Of a stretch of DNA of 64,000 nucleotides, positions 49,041 through 61,444 are shown piece by piece. Source of the stretch: Camelus dromedarius (taxonomy: Eukaryota); assembly GCF_036321535.1 (NCBI RefSeq), contig NC_087437.1:58964001-59028000 (forward strand), written 5' to 3'. The notes beneath the pieces are model-generated. The model did no database searches. It had not been told where the DNA came from and worked only from the letters and a program-made list of their open reading frames with translations. How positions within the stretch are numbered: position 1 is the first letter of the stretch; every line of letters starts with the position of its first letter. The translations under genes were made by a program, and so were the position numbers.

Positions 49041-50833
49041 GCTGCTCATCTCAGGCTATTTCTGCATTATGCTATGCCCAAGTTTATCAGAAAGATCCAC
49101 CCTGAACAGCAAACCCCCTGGAGTCGTATTTTTTAACAGCTGGCCATCTCCACCAACAGAGAACTACAAGAGACGAGGGAAAAGGGAAGATTCGATCTAT
49201 TTCCTTTGCCTAAAGAGAACAAATGCTAATATCAAGGGCACTGGTACAGAAAGCCATTTGCCCCGATGTCCTTGCCAGAGACAAATAACCTTTATTTGCA
49301 AGCTGGATTAAATATTAACTTGGGACCCAAGGGCGCTGTCCCACACAAGCAAGACAAAGTCCTCGCCTTTAGCTTCAGAGCTCTGCAGTGGGGCCTGAGC
49401 ATCCACCAGGCTGCTTTCCTACCACATCAGAGCCCAGCCCAGGGGCCCCACCCCTCCCCATCGCATGGTTGCGTTCAGGGCCGGTCGGTGTGTGTGCACT
49501 GAAGGCCTGGACAAGCTGGTGAGAACTCCACCCTCCTGTCAAGCTGAAAGGCTCCTGGCCTACAGGAGAATGCAGACTCCACCCCATGCCTGCTTCTGCA
49601 CATGCCATCTGGTGTCCCCCACACTCACTCCTGGTCTCACCGGCTATGACCAGGCAGAGCCCAGATACGTGGCCCCCATGCCCTCGGCTGCATCACGTGG
49701 GAGCCGCCTCTTCCATGCATATCAGGGTTTCTGCTTGCGGGGCCTCAGTGGTATCTGTACCTTTGTCATCTGCCCACTGGCCAAGGGCCATGTCACCCTG
49801 AGCCTGTGTCCTCTGTTGCTGCAGACACAGTGGGGTGGCAGTGGGGGAGCAGGGTAGTGACAGGTGTCAGTGGTGCTGGAGGAAGGCTTTGGCCATTTCC
49901 TAAGCACGCTGACATCTCAATTCTGTTACCACAGGTGCCAACTTGACTTTCCAACAGGGTCATAAAAATAAGTGACAAATCTAGAAACCTACTTCCCTTC
50001 CTTAACTAAACCCGGCTACTCAGGGTTATGTTAAAATCTTAGGAAGTAGGACCTTGGTGTTGGCAATAAACCTCACTTATTAGAGCAGATGAGGAATGAA
50101 AAGAAAAACAAAAACAAAAAAAAAGTGTCTTCCTCTTAGGCTGTTGACAGCGCAGGCAAGACTATAACTCTCAGGCCGGTGGCCACACCTGGAACTGGAA
50201 GCTGAAATAAACCAGTCGATGGGCCCCAAAGAAATGAAACAAGCAGCAAGACCCCTCCTGTCCACACTCGCCCATCAAGTCGCGGGGCCATCTGCAAACA
50301 CCCTACCACTCTGGTCACTTGTTAGACCTGAGGACTAATGGCCACCCCAACCCCGACCCCCTTTCATACCGCAAATCCTCCATCTAGAAGGACCTTCTCT
50401 CCCTCCTCCACCTGGCTCACACACCTGGGCGAAGACTCTCCTGATGCCTAGCCCCGAACTTCAATCAGAATTGATTGTTCCCCCTTACCATCCCCTATTT
50501 TGAGCATAGCTATTTGACAACACTTACCACATTTTATTGTACTTAGCTCTTTTAAAGAGCAGGCTTTTAGAATACTTCAAATTATTCCTAAGCAGAGAAC
50601 ATATTTTCTAAACCCCCAAATCTTCCTTAAAGCTGCTCAGCAAATGTTTATTGAGTGGATTCGTGAGTGACTGGATAAAATGCCTTTACGATGATAAATG
50701 ACTTCTCTATCTGGTCCTCGTATGGGAAGAACAAAGATTATTAGCCCCATTTTACAGATGACAACAAAGTCACAGGCTCACTCCCACTCACTCACTTAAC
50801 TCATGTTTATTGTGTGCAAGTTTCAGTCTAGAG

Positions 50834-50998
50834 CAGCGCTTCTCCAACTTTAACGTGCACACGAATTTTCCGGGGCGCTTGGTAAAATGCAAGTTCTGAT
50901 TCAGCCGGTCTGGGGTGGAGCCTGAGATTCTTCGCTTCTAACGAGCTCCCAGGTGACACCTGTGCTGCTGGTGCAAGGGCCACATTGGAGTGTTACCG
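50834..50998. mobile_element. MER5A1-like hAT-Charlie MITE
   Basis: cagcgcttctccaactttaacgtgcac...gttctgattcag...ggtctggggtggagcctgagattc...gctcccaggtga; upstream gtctagag target-type site. Confidence 0.88.
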
Positions 50999-53024
50999 AC
51001 CTAAAAGGGTGGCTGAGAGAGAGAAAATGCCCAAATAGCTTGAGTACATAGCAGGAGGCAGAGTTGTCTTTCAAACTTGAGGAAGGAGAGACAGCATTGT
51101 GCCCATTATACGGATACGGAAACCGAGGATCAGAGAGACTAAGTGCCTCCTCCAAGGTCTAATCCAGCCCAGTTCAGTGCTGCCTTGATGGCCGCCCACT
51201 GCACTGCGTGCTGGGTAGATTCAGAGACGGAGGCACCATGTCCAAGCTCAGAAAGGTGACGAGGGAGACGCACTTGCACCAGGAGCACAAAGACTGAGAG
51301 AAAAGCCAGAGGTCCAGAGGCGGGGGAGCACGTGCTAGGCAGATTTTACCCCCAAAATGTGCCGTGTCTTTGTTTTCCACCCACAGCCCAATTAGACTGC
51401 GGATGGGGGTCTTCTTCCATCAACCCAATCCCTTTAAAAGAAAGAAAAAGAAAAAACAGTGGCTTCAGGAGTTCTCTTTTAAGCCCTGAACCTCTTCAGT
51501 GGAAAGCGCTGCCCTTCCGACCCGTTGATGTAATTGCCATAATTGAAGATTCCAGGCCCCCATGGGGGTGGACAGGGCCCCATTCAGCCATCAGGTCAGC
51601 GAAGTGTAAACCTGCTGAGTCCTTCAGATGCCCCGGCCGCAGCCTCTCCTCCCTGCCCCCAGCCCCGCAGGCCTGCTCCCCGTGACGCCAGGGCAGCCAG
51701 GCCCAGGCTGGTCCCTCTCTGGCTCTGGGAATGGTGCCTAATTAAAGGGTCTGTTCTCATCTCCAGGAGGCGACTTAAGGCCTCCTGACAGTAATGAGAG
51801 CCACACGTGTGGGGCTGGGGGGTGGGAAGGAAGGCCCCCCTGCTGTCTTAGCACCCTATTAAACAGCAAGTCATACATGTACACACACACACGGACGCGC
51901 ACACATGTCCATGCACACGTTGCAGTTTGGCTATAATCACCCTCAAATCTTCAGAACCACAAGGAGCTGCTCCCATTTTGAAAGAGGAAGGAACCAAAGA
52001 GAAGAAACAGCTTGCCCCGGGGCACACAGTGAGTCAGTGGGGCTGGCCTCAGGTGTCCTGTCGCACCTCGCAGCACAGACTTCCCCTAGGAGGGTGGGGC
52101 TCCCCACTGCAGCCCCCAGGGAGCTGATGTGGGGTGGGGTGGGGGAAGGGAGGAAACCAACTCACCCAGCTGCAGCAGCCAGTCTCAGAGGGCCTGTCGC
52201 GGTCCCCACAGAGCAGAAAGGAGCAGTTCCCGGGCCTGGGGCTGCTGTCTGAGACACCCTTTGATCACAGAGCAAAGCCACCCTGAGAGTGTGCCAGTCA
52301 CTGCTGCAGGGGGACCCATACCTGATCCTCACCCTCCTGGCATGAACAGGAGCCAGCCTCGGTCATCTTCTCCTGCATTCTTTGTGCCCCATCTGACCAC
52401 CTCCCCCTTCTCCTCCCCAACCCCCCCTCGCCTAGCAGCCCGGAGCTGAACCAGCTGCCCTCAGACCCATTCTTTCTGCCTCTCTTGCAGAGGAGCAGCC
52501 AGATATTACTAGTTCTTAGTAAATATTCATTAACTACAGTAAAAGTCAAGTCGATGTTTGCTCCAACTCACGGTCACTGTCAGTGCATTGCTCTACCACA
52601 ACTGCCTACAGAGAGGACACTGGGGTGAGGTGAAGCAGAAAGGCTGAAAATAACATGGCTCATTTATAAAGACGGTGAATGACGGAGCATTTCACTTCTC
52701 CCATGGACTGTGATGAATTCCAAGAAGAAGCCAATAAGATCCTGGGTCCTAACAATGTAATCTGGAGACCCAGGTTTCTTCCAGAAGCCCCCTCACTAGC
52801 ATCTCTACTCCCATGTTCCCTCTTTCCACCTCCCAGTCCTCCATGCACACTAGCTACCTGACTGCTGGATCACACCACTTGTATCATAAGATATTCCTGC
52901 TCAAAAGCCTTCAGTGGTTCCCTATTTCCTCTGCATGAAATCTGCACTGTCTGATTCTCGGTCTGGTTCGGCCTCAACACCAGTTTCCCCTTTAATCAAG
53001 TTGGTCTCCTCACCCAGCTCAGAC

Positions 53025-53235
53025 AGTGTAGGGCAGGGTATAGAGGTAAAGACAAAATTTGGAGCCAGAAGACCCAGTTATGGGTCCCAGGTCCACCATC
53101 TGACCTCTCTGAGCCCAGTTCCCCATGAGTAAAATGGGGATGATGATAAAATCCACATTGTAGAGTTGGCATGAGGGTTAAGTAGGATAATGGATGTTGA
53201 AGTCCTTTACAAACTGTAAAGGGCTAAAGGAATGA
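53025..53235 (+). mobile_element. MIR
   Basis: tttggagccagaagacc...acctctctgagcccagttccccatgagtaaaatggggatgatga. Confidence 0.8.
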
Positions 53236-54679
53236 CAATTGTTCATATCTAGTCATGATTAGTCTCACCTCCAGCACTGCCTTTGATCTCACAACTCTTA
53301 GACCTGGTCAAACTCAACTCAAGCCCTGCCACCCATCGAAAAATCATGCTGGTACCTCGAGTTCCCACTGACTCTCACTTTTAAGGCCTCAGCCATAAAA
53401 TGCCTTGATTTGTTCACTGTGTCTTGCACATGTCAGCCATAGAACTCCAAGCCTACGGGTGTTTACTTACATACAAAACAAAAAGTCTGGCTGCTTACAA
53501 TTAAAAAATAAATACACTTATAACAGCCAAGCTCAAGATACAAATGGAGGGAAAAATCAGCAACGCCACGAGAGAAGAAAAGGACGATTATGTTAGACAC
53601 CGAAGTTAAGCTAGCTACCCCAGTTACGTCCCTTGGGCATAATCCTCATGTTCCCTTCTCTTGTCTGCAGAAGAGAGACTTGTACTCATCAGCCCACAAA
53701 AGGGGAAGGTTGGAGTGGGACTTTCCCATCTCTGTCCTCCCGGGGAGGAGGAGTAGCTAATGAGTTGGGTGAGGGCAGCATTTACCAGGAGGTCGTCACT
53801 GGATCAGGGGCACTGGGGTGCAGTCACTGCCTTGGGCTCCTCGGTCTCATCAGGCTCCTGCTCTCTGTCGCCCTGGGATTGCTGTGATCAGCCACCTGCC
53901 CAGGGAATCTGTCCTCACTCTCCGCCCCCCTCCCCCCACCCCACCCAGCAGGATGGGCACCACTCTTCTGCTGTTTCCACTCCACCGGCCTTCTAGAAGT
54001 AGGCCATAATCTTTTCCTTGCAGTAGCTTGAATAAGCAGACTCAGCATGTACTTAGCAGAACATGCAGGTCCCAAAGTCAGGCTCAGGGAGGGAGGAGGA
54101 AGTCCCACCCCATTCCCTGATACAGAGATTCATAGAGAGCCTGCAGTTTGGGAAGCTTCCTTCGCCGTCAGTGAAGCTGATACTCTGCTGTGCATTCGCC
54201 TGGTGGTCCTGGAACCTGTTCTCAATCACCCCGAAAGCAGAGAGGTGGTCTTAGGGCCCTTACTGCCAGCAAACACAAATGTGAACTATGAGCTTCCCAA
54301 TAGCCTATGTATCATTATTTTATTTAAAAAAAATGGAAATATGACTGAAGGTAAAGAGAGATGTGTCCTGATATAAGGGACACAATGGATGAGTTGTCAA
54401 GGGTGGTTTAGCAGAAGATCCCTGCAGGCGGCTTATCACAGAAATCCCGGGGCGACAGAGAGCAGGAGCCTGTTCTTTTTTGTTTTATAATAACACATAA
54501 TAAAAGTTAAGAGCATGTATTAATTTACAATTCAATGTAAAGGAACCGCACTAATGTATTTCAAATCTATTCATTTGTGTTGACTCGATCAGATGCAAGG
54601 ACAGGGCTTCATTCATTATCTCAGTTATGTTTTTGGCAAGAGATAAACAGCAGACAATTTAGAATTAAACTTATGAACT

Positions 54680-55075
54680 CTCATATACTGTGGAAATAAA
54701 AATTGATATGACACTTTGGAAAACAATTTGGCGATATGTATTGAGAATCTTGGTAATGTTCCTCTATTTAGCAATTCCACTTCTGGGAATTTGTCTTAAG
54801 AAAGAAAATTTTTGAAAGTTAAAAGTCATATGCTTAAATCTATTAAGTAAATCATGGTACATTGATAAAAGATTATGCTGGTATTCGAAATGAAATTTAT
54901 GTTGCTATCATGTTAAATAACAAAAGTAGATTATAAAGTGGTGCATTACAATAGTTATAATCATGTAAAATCATGAAAGAAAAGGAGGAAAAATACCAAG
55001 TGATGAGAGCAATTTTCTTTCCCTTTCTGTATTTTTCTGTTTTTGAATGAGCACATACGATAATTGGAAAAAAAA
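54680..55075 (+). mobile_element. Decayed L1ME fragments
   Basis: ctctcatatactg...ctttggaaaacaatttggc...agcaattccacttctgggaattt. Confidence 0.65.
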
Positions 55076-56979
55076 TTAAGTGAACATTATTGTTGATACA
55101 CGTAATTAGCTGCCCTCTGATCCTGCTACTTTTTGATACCAGTCTGGCAGACAGCAGAGCTGGCATTCTGTTACAAAAACTAAGAGCTGTGCTCGCTGCC
55201 TCACCCGGGTGAGGGGGCATCTCACTTCTACCCAGAAGGAAACTCACTGTTGCTGGTGCGTAGGACCGACCTTTTCCTAAACTCAGGGTTTTGGAGGTGA
55301 CTGGGCACATTTGGGCATCTCAGTTCAGCTGTGGACTCCCTGAGCAAGAGACAGTCTCTTCTTCTATTTAGTTCCCAGGGCTTGACTGTATCTTGTCACC
55401 TGCCGGGGGACCAACAAGTTGTTGGTTTGATTGGTTGATCTAATGATTTGTCTAGCCAGTTCGCTAAGAACATCTTAGGTACTCAGTCCTCCATTACTGA
55501 GTGACTGAATGATGAAACAGACATGAGTGAACTTCTTGACTGAGAAGCACTGAAAGAAGAAAAACTCTTATATATGCTTCTAGGTCCAGCTCAGTGGGCC
55601 CCCCTGACCACTCTGCCCTTGCTCCCCCTACCCCACCCCCACGTTCCCCTGTGACCTTGTACAGACCATGACTGTGCCCTTGCCTGAGCCAAGATCCCAG
55701 CCTTGATGCAATTTGTTTACTTGTCTGACTCCCTCACTCAACTCTGAGCTTCTTGGGTCAAGGTTTTACATTTTGTTCATTTTAAAATTAAATCAGCCTC
55801 TGAGGTTATCAGCTCAGAGTCTGGGACATAATTCATCCAACACGACACATCACAGGGGTTCCACAAATACTTGCGAATTCAGTGGACAGGATATCTCAAA
55901 TACCAATGAGCCCTCCAGCCCGGGGCCAGATGCAGTCCCTGAGGGCTCGAAGGAACCACGGAAGAACTGGCAAAACTCTCACCACACTTCACTGCCATCC
56001 ATCCTCTACCTGTTTCTCTTCTCTCCTACGTCATAAACGCCGTGAGGGCAGGGGCTGCGTCTGCCTCATTCACCCCAAACTCCAGCTCTCACACAGTCAA
56101 CTCAGTCGATTTCCATTGAAGGAATGAATGGATGGCAAGGGACTCCAGTTTTCAGTTTTTATTTCCTCCAAATGTGATGACTCACTGAGCACAAGGGCAG
56201 ATCCCATGTAATGCAGTACAGCCTGCCCCTCGCTGCCCTTTCTCTTGGTTTTTATTAAGAACTAAGGAGAACTGTGGGAGGCTGGAGGGGCTTTCTCTCC
56301 TCAGCTGAAGATTACCTGGCAACTTAAGTGAGAACCACAGCAGATCCTCGACCAAAGAAGCCTCAAAAGAGAATGTTTATCTTCCCCCAAGCAGGTGCCG
56401 AGCAACCGATAACAGAAACAATTCGTCTCAGCGATGTCCTCGGAATTGTACGTACATCTTCCAACTTCCTTATGCAAAAGGTTTCCTTAGAAAAGACGGG
56501 GGAAACGGTTTCCAAAGAAAGGAGATTCTCTAAAGTTTCAAAAAGTAGTTCCACAAATACAACCTAAAAGAAGCCCTCTGGTCACCTTTAGAGCCTAGAG
56601 AATATTGTTTTCCACACTCAAGATTTGTGGACCAAAGGGCTCTGCAGCGGTGCTGCGGTGGTACCCATGCCGGAGAGACGGTGCCGACAGCATCTTCCCT
56701 GCAGGAAAGCCTCGTCAGCCGGGTCAGGTTTGGGGGAGGATGGGAGGCTGATGGTTTGCTCTTCTCCACATCTACTGCTGAGGGAAGCCTTGGGCTGGAA
56801 ATGCAGGTTGGGAGGTTAACGGTGAACTGTGAATTAAAACACAGTAAGCCACTTATTCCTTCCCCATTCACATCTTCCTTTCTTAAGTCTGGTGGGGAAA
56901 AAAAAGACCCCTTTCCCCTTCCTCCTTGGCAAGACTGCCCCAGGGTTAATCAGAACCTTAAGCCACTGTCCTCCACCCA

Positions 56980-57500
56980 CGTTGGAAGCAGGGTGACCGT
57001 GATTAGAAGAGCCTGACGTAAGCGCAGCCCGCGATGAAAGAGTCGCTGACAGACAGCGCAAGCTGACACCGTGAGAACAGCCGGGGCTATGAGGTCACTG
57101 GGTCCAACAGGTAGGCCGTTCTGTTTTCTCAGCCCTGACATTCAATGCCCCACCGGTTATTCAATAACCAGAAATGAGGTGGGTCTCACAAATTCCTGAA
57201 TCTCCTTGGGGATGGAGGGGGAGGAGCCAGGCTTCCTTGATCTAGGGCCCCAGAGGAGAAGCCAGAGCTGGAAACCTGCCCCCCTAGGAGGATGGCTGGA
57301 TGAAACAAAACGCAGGAAAGATATTCAGAAGCAAGTAGCATCATTTCTGCGGAGACACGAACGATTATCCTGCATCACACTTAACCCAGACAGTCCTGCC
57401 CTGCTCCGAGACGGCAAAGTGAAACTCACCCCTGGACTGAACAAACGTACAAACTCTCAGGCCAAACGGAGCGGCCAGTACTTGAGCAAATTTGTTTTTG
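56980..57500 (+). promoter_or_regulatory. CpG-rich patch with CRE-like site and downstream splice donor
   Basis: tgacgtaa at 57014-57021, tgaggtca at ~57090, CAG|GTAGGC at 57110/1. Confidence 0.35.
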
Positions 57501-57780
57501 AAAAGGCGGGGGCAGGGGGGTCATTATTTGTTTGGGAGGAGGTTGTTTGCTTTGTGATTTGTTTATTTTACTACCCAATATATGCCACACATATGACCTA
57601 ATATACAAAGGTTTTAGAGCTTTAAATATATGAAATATTTTGACAAGACACTATAATTAATGCTTCAAAAAACTAAGTTCAAACCAAACATATTTTCCTG
57701 TGACCATTTCCTAGAGGTTAAAGGAAAAAGGGGTTGTAGTTTTTCTTTTTGTTCAAGTATAATATCAGGAGGTAGGGTGA

Positions 57781-58259
57781 TATATTTGTGTCCCAGGACT
57801 AGCAAAACAAAGTATCACAAAATGAGTGGCTTACAACAACAGAAATTTATTGTCTTGTGAGAGTTCTGGAGGCTGGAAGTCCCGATCAAGGTGTCAGCAG
57901 GGTCATGTTCCCTCTGAAACCTACAGGGGAGAATCTCTGCTTGCCTCTCCGACCCTCTGGTGTTGACCAGCATTCCTTAGTGGTCTTGGCTTCTAAAGGC
58001 ATCACAGCAATCTCTGCCTCCATTGTCACATGGCCATCTTCTCTCTGTGCATCTCTGCCTCTGTGTTTCTCCTCTTCTTAGAAGGACACCAGTCACTGGA
58101 TTAAGGGCCCACCCTACTCCAGTATGACCTCACTTCAACTGATTACATCAGCCACCAACCTCTAACAGCCCTTGTTTCCAAAGAAGGCCACATGCTGAGG
58201 TACCACGGGTTAGGACTTCAACACATTATTTTTTAGGGGACACAATTTAACCGATGACA
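57781..58259 (-). mobile_element. MLT1C-type MaLR solo LTR, full length
   Basis: aaagtatcacaaa...tggcttacaacaacagaaatttattg...ggacaccagtcactggattaagggcccacc...ggggacacaattta; perfect 5-bp TSD ggtga (57776-57780/58260-58264). Confidence 0.92.
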
Positions 58260-59859
58260 GGTGATGACCACCGACAGCTATAATCAGCCCAGCTCACAAA
58301 AGGAAAACACAGAGCCCACAGCATCCACAGAGCTCCAGTCAGCCCTGGGAAGGCCCTTAGCAACGGATACAATGCGATTCCCTCCAAAGAGGGGAACAGG
58401 CCATTTATTGATGAATCCTTCCAGCAAATATTCACTAAGCACCTACCCAGGGTCCTACACATGCTGGCTGTGGGTGAGAGGGATGAGACAATGTGCCAGT
58501 TATTGGTGGTGAATAAGAGAAGTAAAACACAAGGGTAATACTGTAATTCTGCGTTCCCTGCCTCAAGCCTACGCCTCACTGAAATGTGAGCAGTTTAAGT
58601 ACCAGGTACGCTGCCCCCAGCAGCCTGTACAACAGCTCCCACATCCTCATAGTCTTTTGTAGAATTCGGTTTCAAGGAGCCTTTGGGATGAGGAAAACCA
58701 GCATACAAGTGGTTAAAGAACCAGTGTACTCCAGGTCAGAGGAGGCAAAGTCCAAAAGCCAGGGTGGTATAAGGGAAGAATCATCAGATTCTCCAGCTGG
58801 AGAGGATTTTTGAGAGCATTTTAGTTGATAGCTTCAAACGTGCCCCAAAACCAATGGAACATTTTCTTTGAACAAAATCTTATAAGGACACACAATGTGT
58901 GAACAGGCAAAAGCCAGATCATTCTGGTGGAAGGACGAGAGGGCTGGGGAGAGCCCCGCCTGGTCAGCGCCATCTCCAGGCATTGTCTGAAAACCATTAG
59001 ACACCCGACAGGGAAACTGAGGTCCAGGAAGGTGGCAATGCGTACCATGTTCAGCAGCATGAGTTTAGGACAGAAGCAGGACTGGAACTCAGCTCCTTCT
59101 CTGATTCAAATGCACCACCTCATGTGCTCAGCATGAAGGGGACAAGAAGACAGAATTTCACACCCTTTGGTCTCCCTTTTCATTCATACAGACTCTCCTT
59201 TCCTATGGCCTCTGCCTGTCCCCTAGCAGGGACATAACCAGTGCCAGCCCTTGGGCACTTGCTCTAGTCCTCTTCCCCTGGAGGTAGGAGGAGAAGGGAC
59301 TCAGTGATTTTCTGGGTCTCTTCCAGCCCAGTGATACTGCAGCTCCAATTAGGCTGCCTCTTCCTGTAACCCTGATGGCACCTTCTAAGCCACCCGGGAC
59401 TTACCCCACTCCATCCCTTCATTGGAGAGGAAAAATCAAGGCTCGTGACACACAAATGGAAGGTTGTTTCTTCACAAGTTTGCTCTGAATCTAGCTTTTT
59501 CTGATCCACATAATTGACAGAGACAGAGTGAGTTGGGGAGATGCCTAGATTTCAAAAAGGAAATGAACCCCAAGGATATGTCCAATTCAAATTGGGACAG
59601 TTTAGAAAACCATACTCAAAGACCAAAACCCAAAGCCCAGGTTTCTGAGCTCAGCCAATTCAGCCTTGAGAGAAGCTTCCAGGGCTGCAGGCTCTCCTCA
59701 GGAGGTGTCCTGTCCACACCTGAGGTCACTTTGGCCTCCATCAATTGAAGTGACTCCCATAGACTCACTGCAACCTTTGAGGAAGTTGAGTCCAGATTCA
59801 CTTTCCTGCCAGTCAAAGGAAGGACAGTCATTTGGAGAAATCTCCAGAGAGTGGTACCT

Positions 59860-60110
59860 TTAGGAGTAATGACAGGCCTTGATGTGCGATTTCAAGACCT
59901 CTGGGTTCAGATCCAGGCTTTGCCCCTTATTCCTGGTGACCTGGGACCAATGTCTTCATTCCTCTTGAACCTGTCTCACCCCTATAAATTGGGAGTTTAC
60001 TCAACAGTCATACAGTCATTCAACAAACACCAAGTACCTGCTAGTGCCAGGTGGAACTGTGGTAAATTCTCCTCCTCCCTATTTCACAGGCTGTTGTGAC
60101 CATCAGACTA
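59860..60110 (+). mobile_element. MIR with an embedded L2-end-like piece
   Basis: tgggttcagatccaggctttgcc...gtgacctggg; cattcaacaaacac. Confidence 0.55.
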
Positions 60111-61299
60111 GCAGGGACTCGAGGGGCTGTCAGTGGTGGGGACATGTGAATGCTGTTTCTACTCCAAGACTCCCATGGAGTGGGAGACATTTATTTCCTC
60201 AGCACCTCCTTTACTCCTACAGACCTCATTCTCTTATTTGATGCCAAAACAATGTGATTGGACCTCACGTTTTTCACGATTTTCCATCACAGCACTTATT
60301 TTGAGGGCTGAGGTAGCACCTGAAAATCCATGATCACGCAAATCAGCATTCTTCAGTTTTAAAAAAAAAAAAAATACTGAAAGACACAGACTTTGCCTTA
60401 TCACCCTGTATCCTCAGCAGAGCCAGGCACATTGTAGATGCTGGATAAATATGTTGAATGAGTGAATGAATCTTGCCTCCAAGGAAAGGAATTATTCAAA
60501 TTAGAATTAAGAGGAAGAAACACTTTTCTATGGGTTTATTTAACCCATCTCCCAATAGTTCAACATCCTAATATTTTCCCAACTTCCATGAATGACCCCA
60601 GTTGTGTGTTCCTTCCCTGGCTATGGCATGAAAACCCTTGGGACACAGTGTGCTGTCCAGGTGCCAGGCCCGACTCCAGTTTCCTGACATCTTCCTATCA
60701 CACTAGTCCCACACAGGGCAGCAGACTATGCGTGTGTCCCCCGCCACCCTCAAGCTAACTGCCAGGGCCAAGTGGAATATTTTCATCCGGCCTTTCTCCC
60801 CTTTCTTTTTTCTTTTAAGCTTCTTCTAGTGATAAAAGCTGAAGCAAATTGAAATTGGCAGCTCTGTGGTCTTCTAGCAATAGGAAAAGTACTAGAGATC
60901 ATGTGAGCCACACTTTTGAAAACTTAAAAAAAAAATCTAATCTTGCCTCAATAAAAACGACATCATGTCACTGTAATCGGCAGGGGGAAAGGCTTGAGAG
61001 TTGCTGGCAGCGGCCCAGCAGAGTTCAGGGGTTCTGTTGGCTGCGATGAATTCCCACGGGAAAGGTAGATGGAGAGCCCTGCCTTGCAGGTGAGCCTCAG
61101 AGGCCCCAGGAGGAGTGGGGGGATGACAAAGCTCCCCATGAAATCCCACTGCAATCTCGGCATTGCTGTCATCACAGCTCGGGGGCTGGCCCCCTCCACC
61201 CCTTTTCCCACCTGCCCCTCCTCCCTCTGGCTTGGAGGGAGAGCACCAGGACCAACGATCACCAGCTGCCCAAGCCAAGATTATTTTTTGATGATGGTT

Positions 61300-61444
61300 C
61301 CATGGTTATATAAGATAACCAGGTCATCATGATGGAGGGGTAACATGGGGGAATCAGTTAAAGGGTCTAAGGGAGCTCTCTGTATGACTTTTGCAACTTT
61401 TCTAAAAGTCCACAATTCTCTCAAAATAAAAAAAAATATTTTAA
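61300..61444 (+). mobile_element. Old L1M 3' terminus
   Basis: atggttatataaga...ctctctgtatgacttttgcaacttttc...tcaaaataaaaa. Confidence 0.7.

Noticed and set aside
592..56190. About a dozen or more AP-1 TGA(C/G)TCA sites
   Set aside because: Dispersed and only modestly above the ~8 expected by chance
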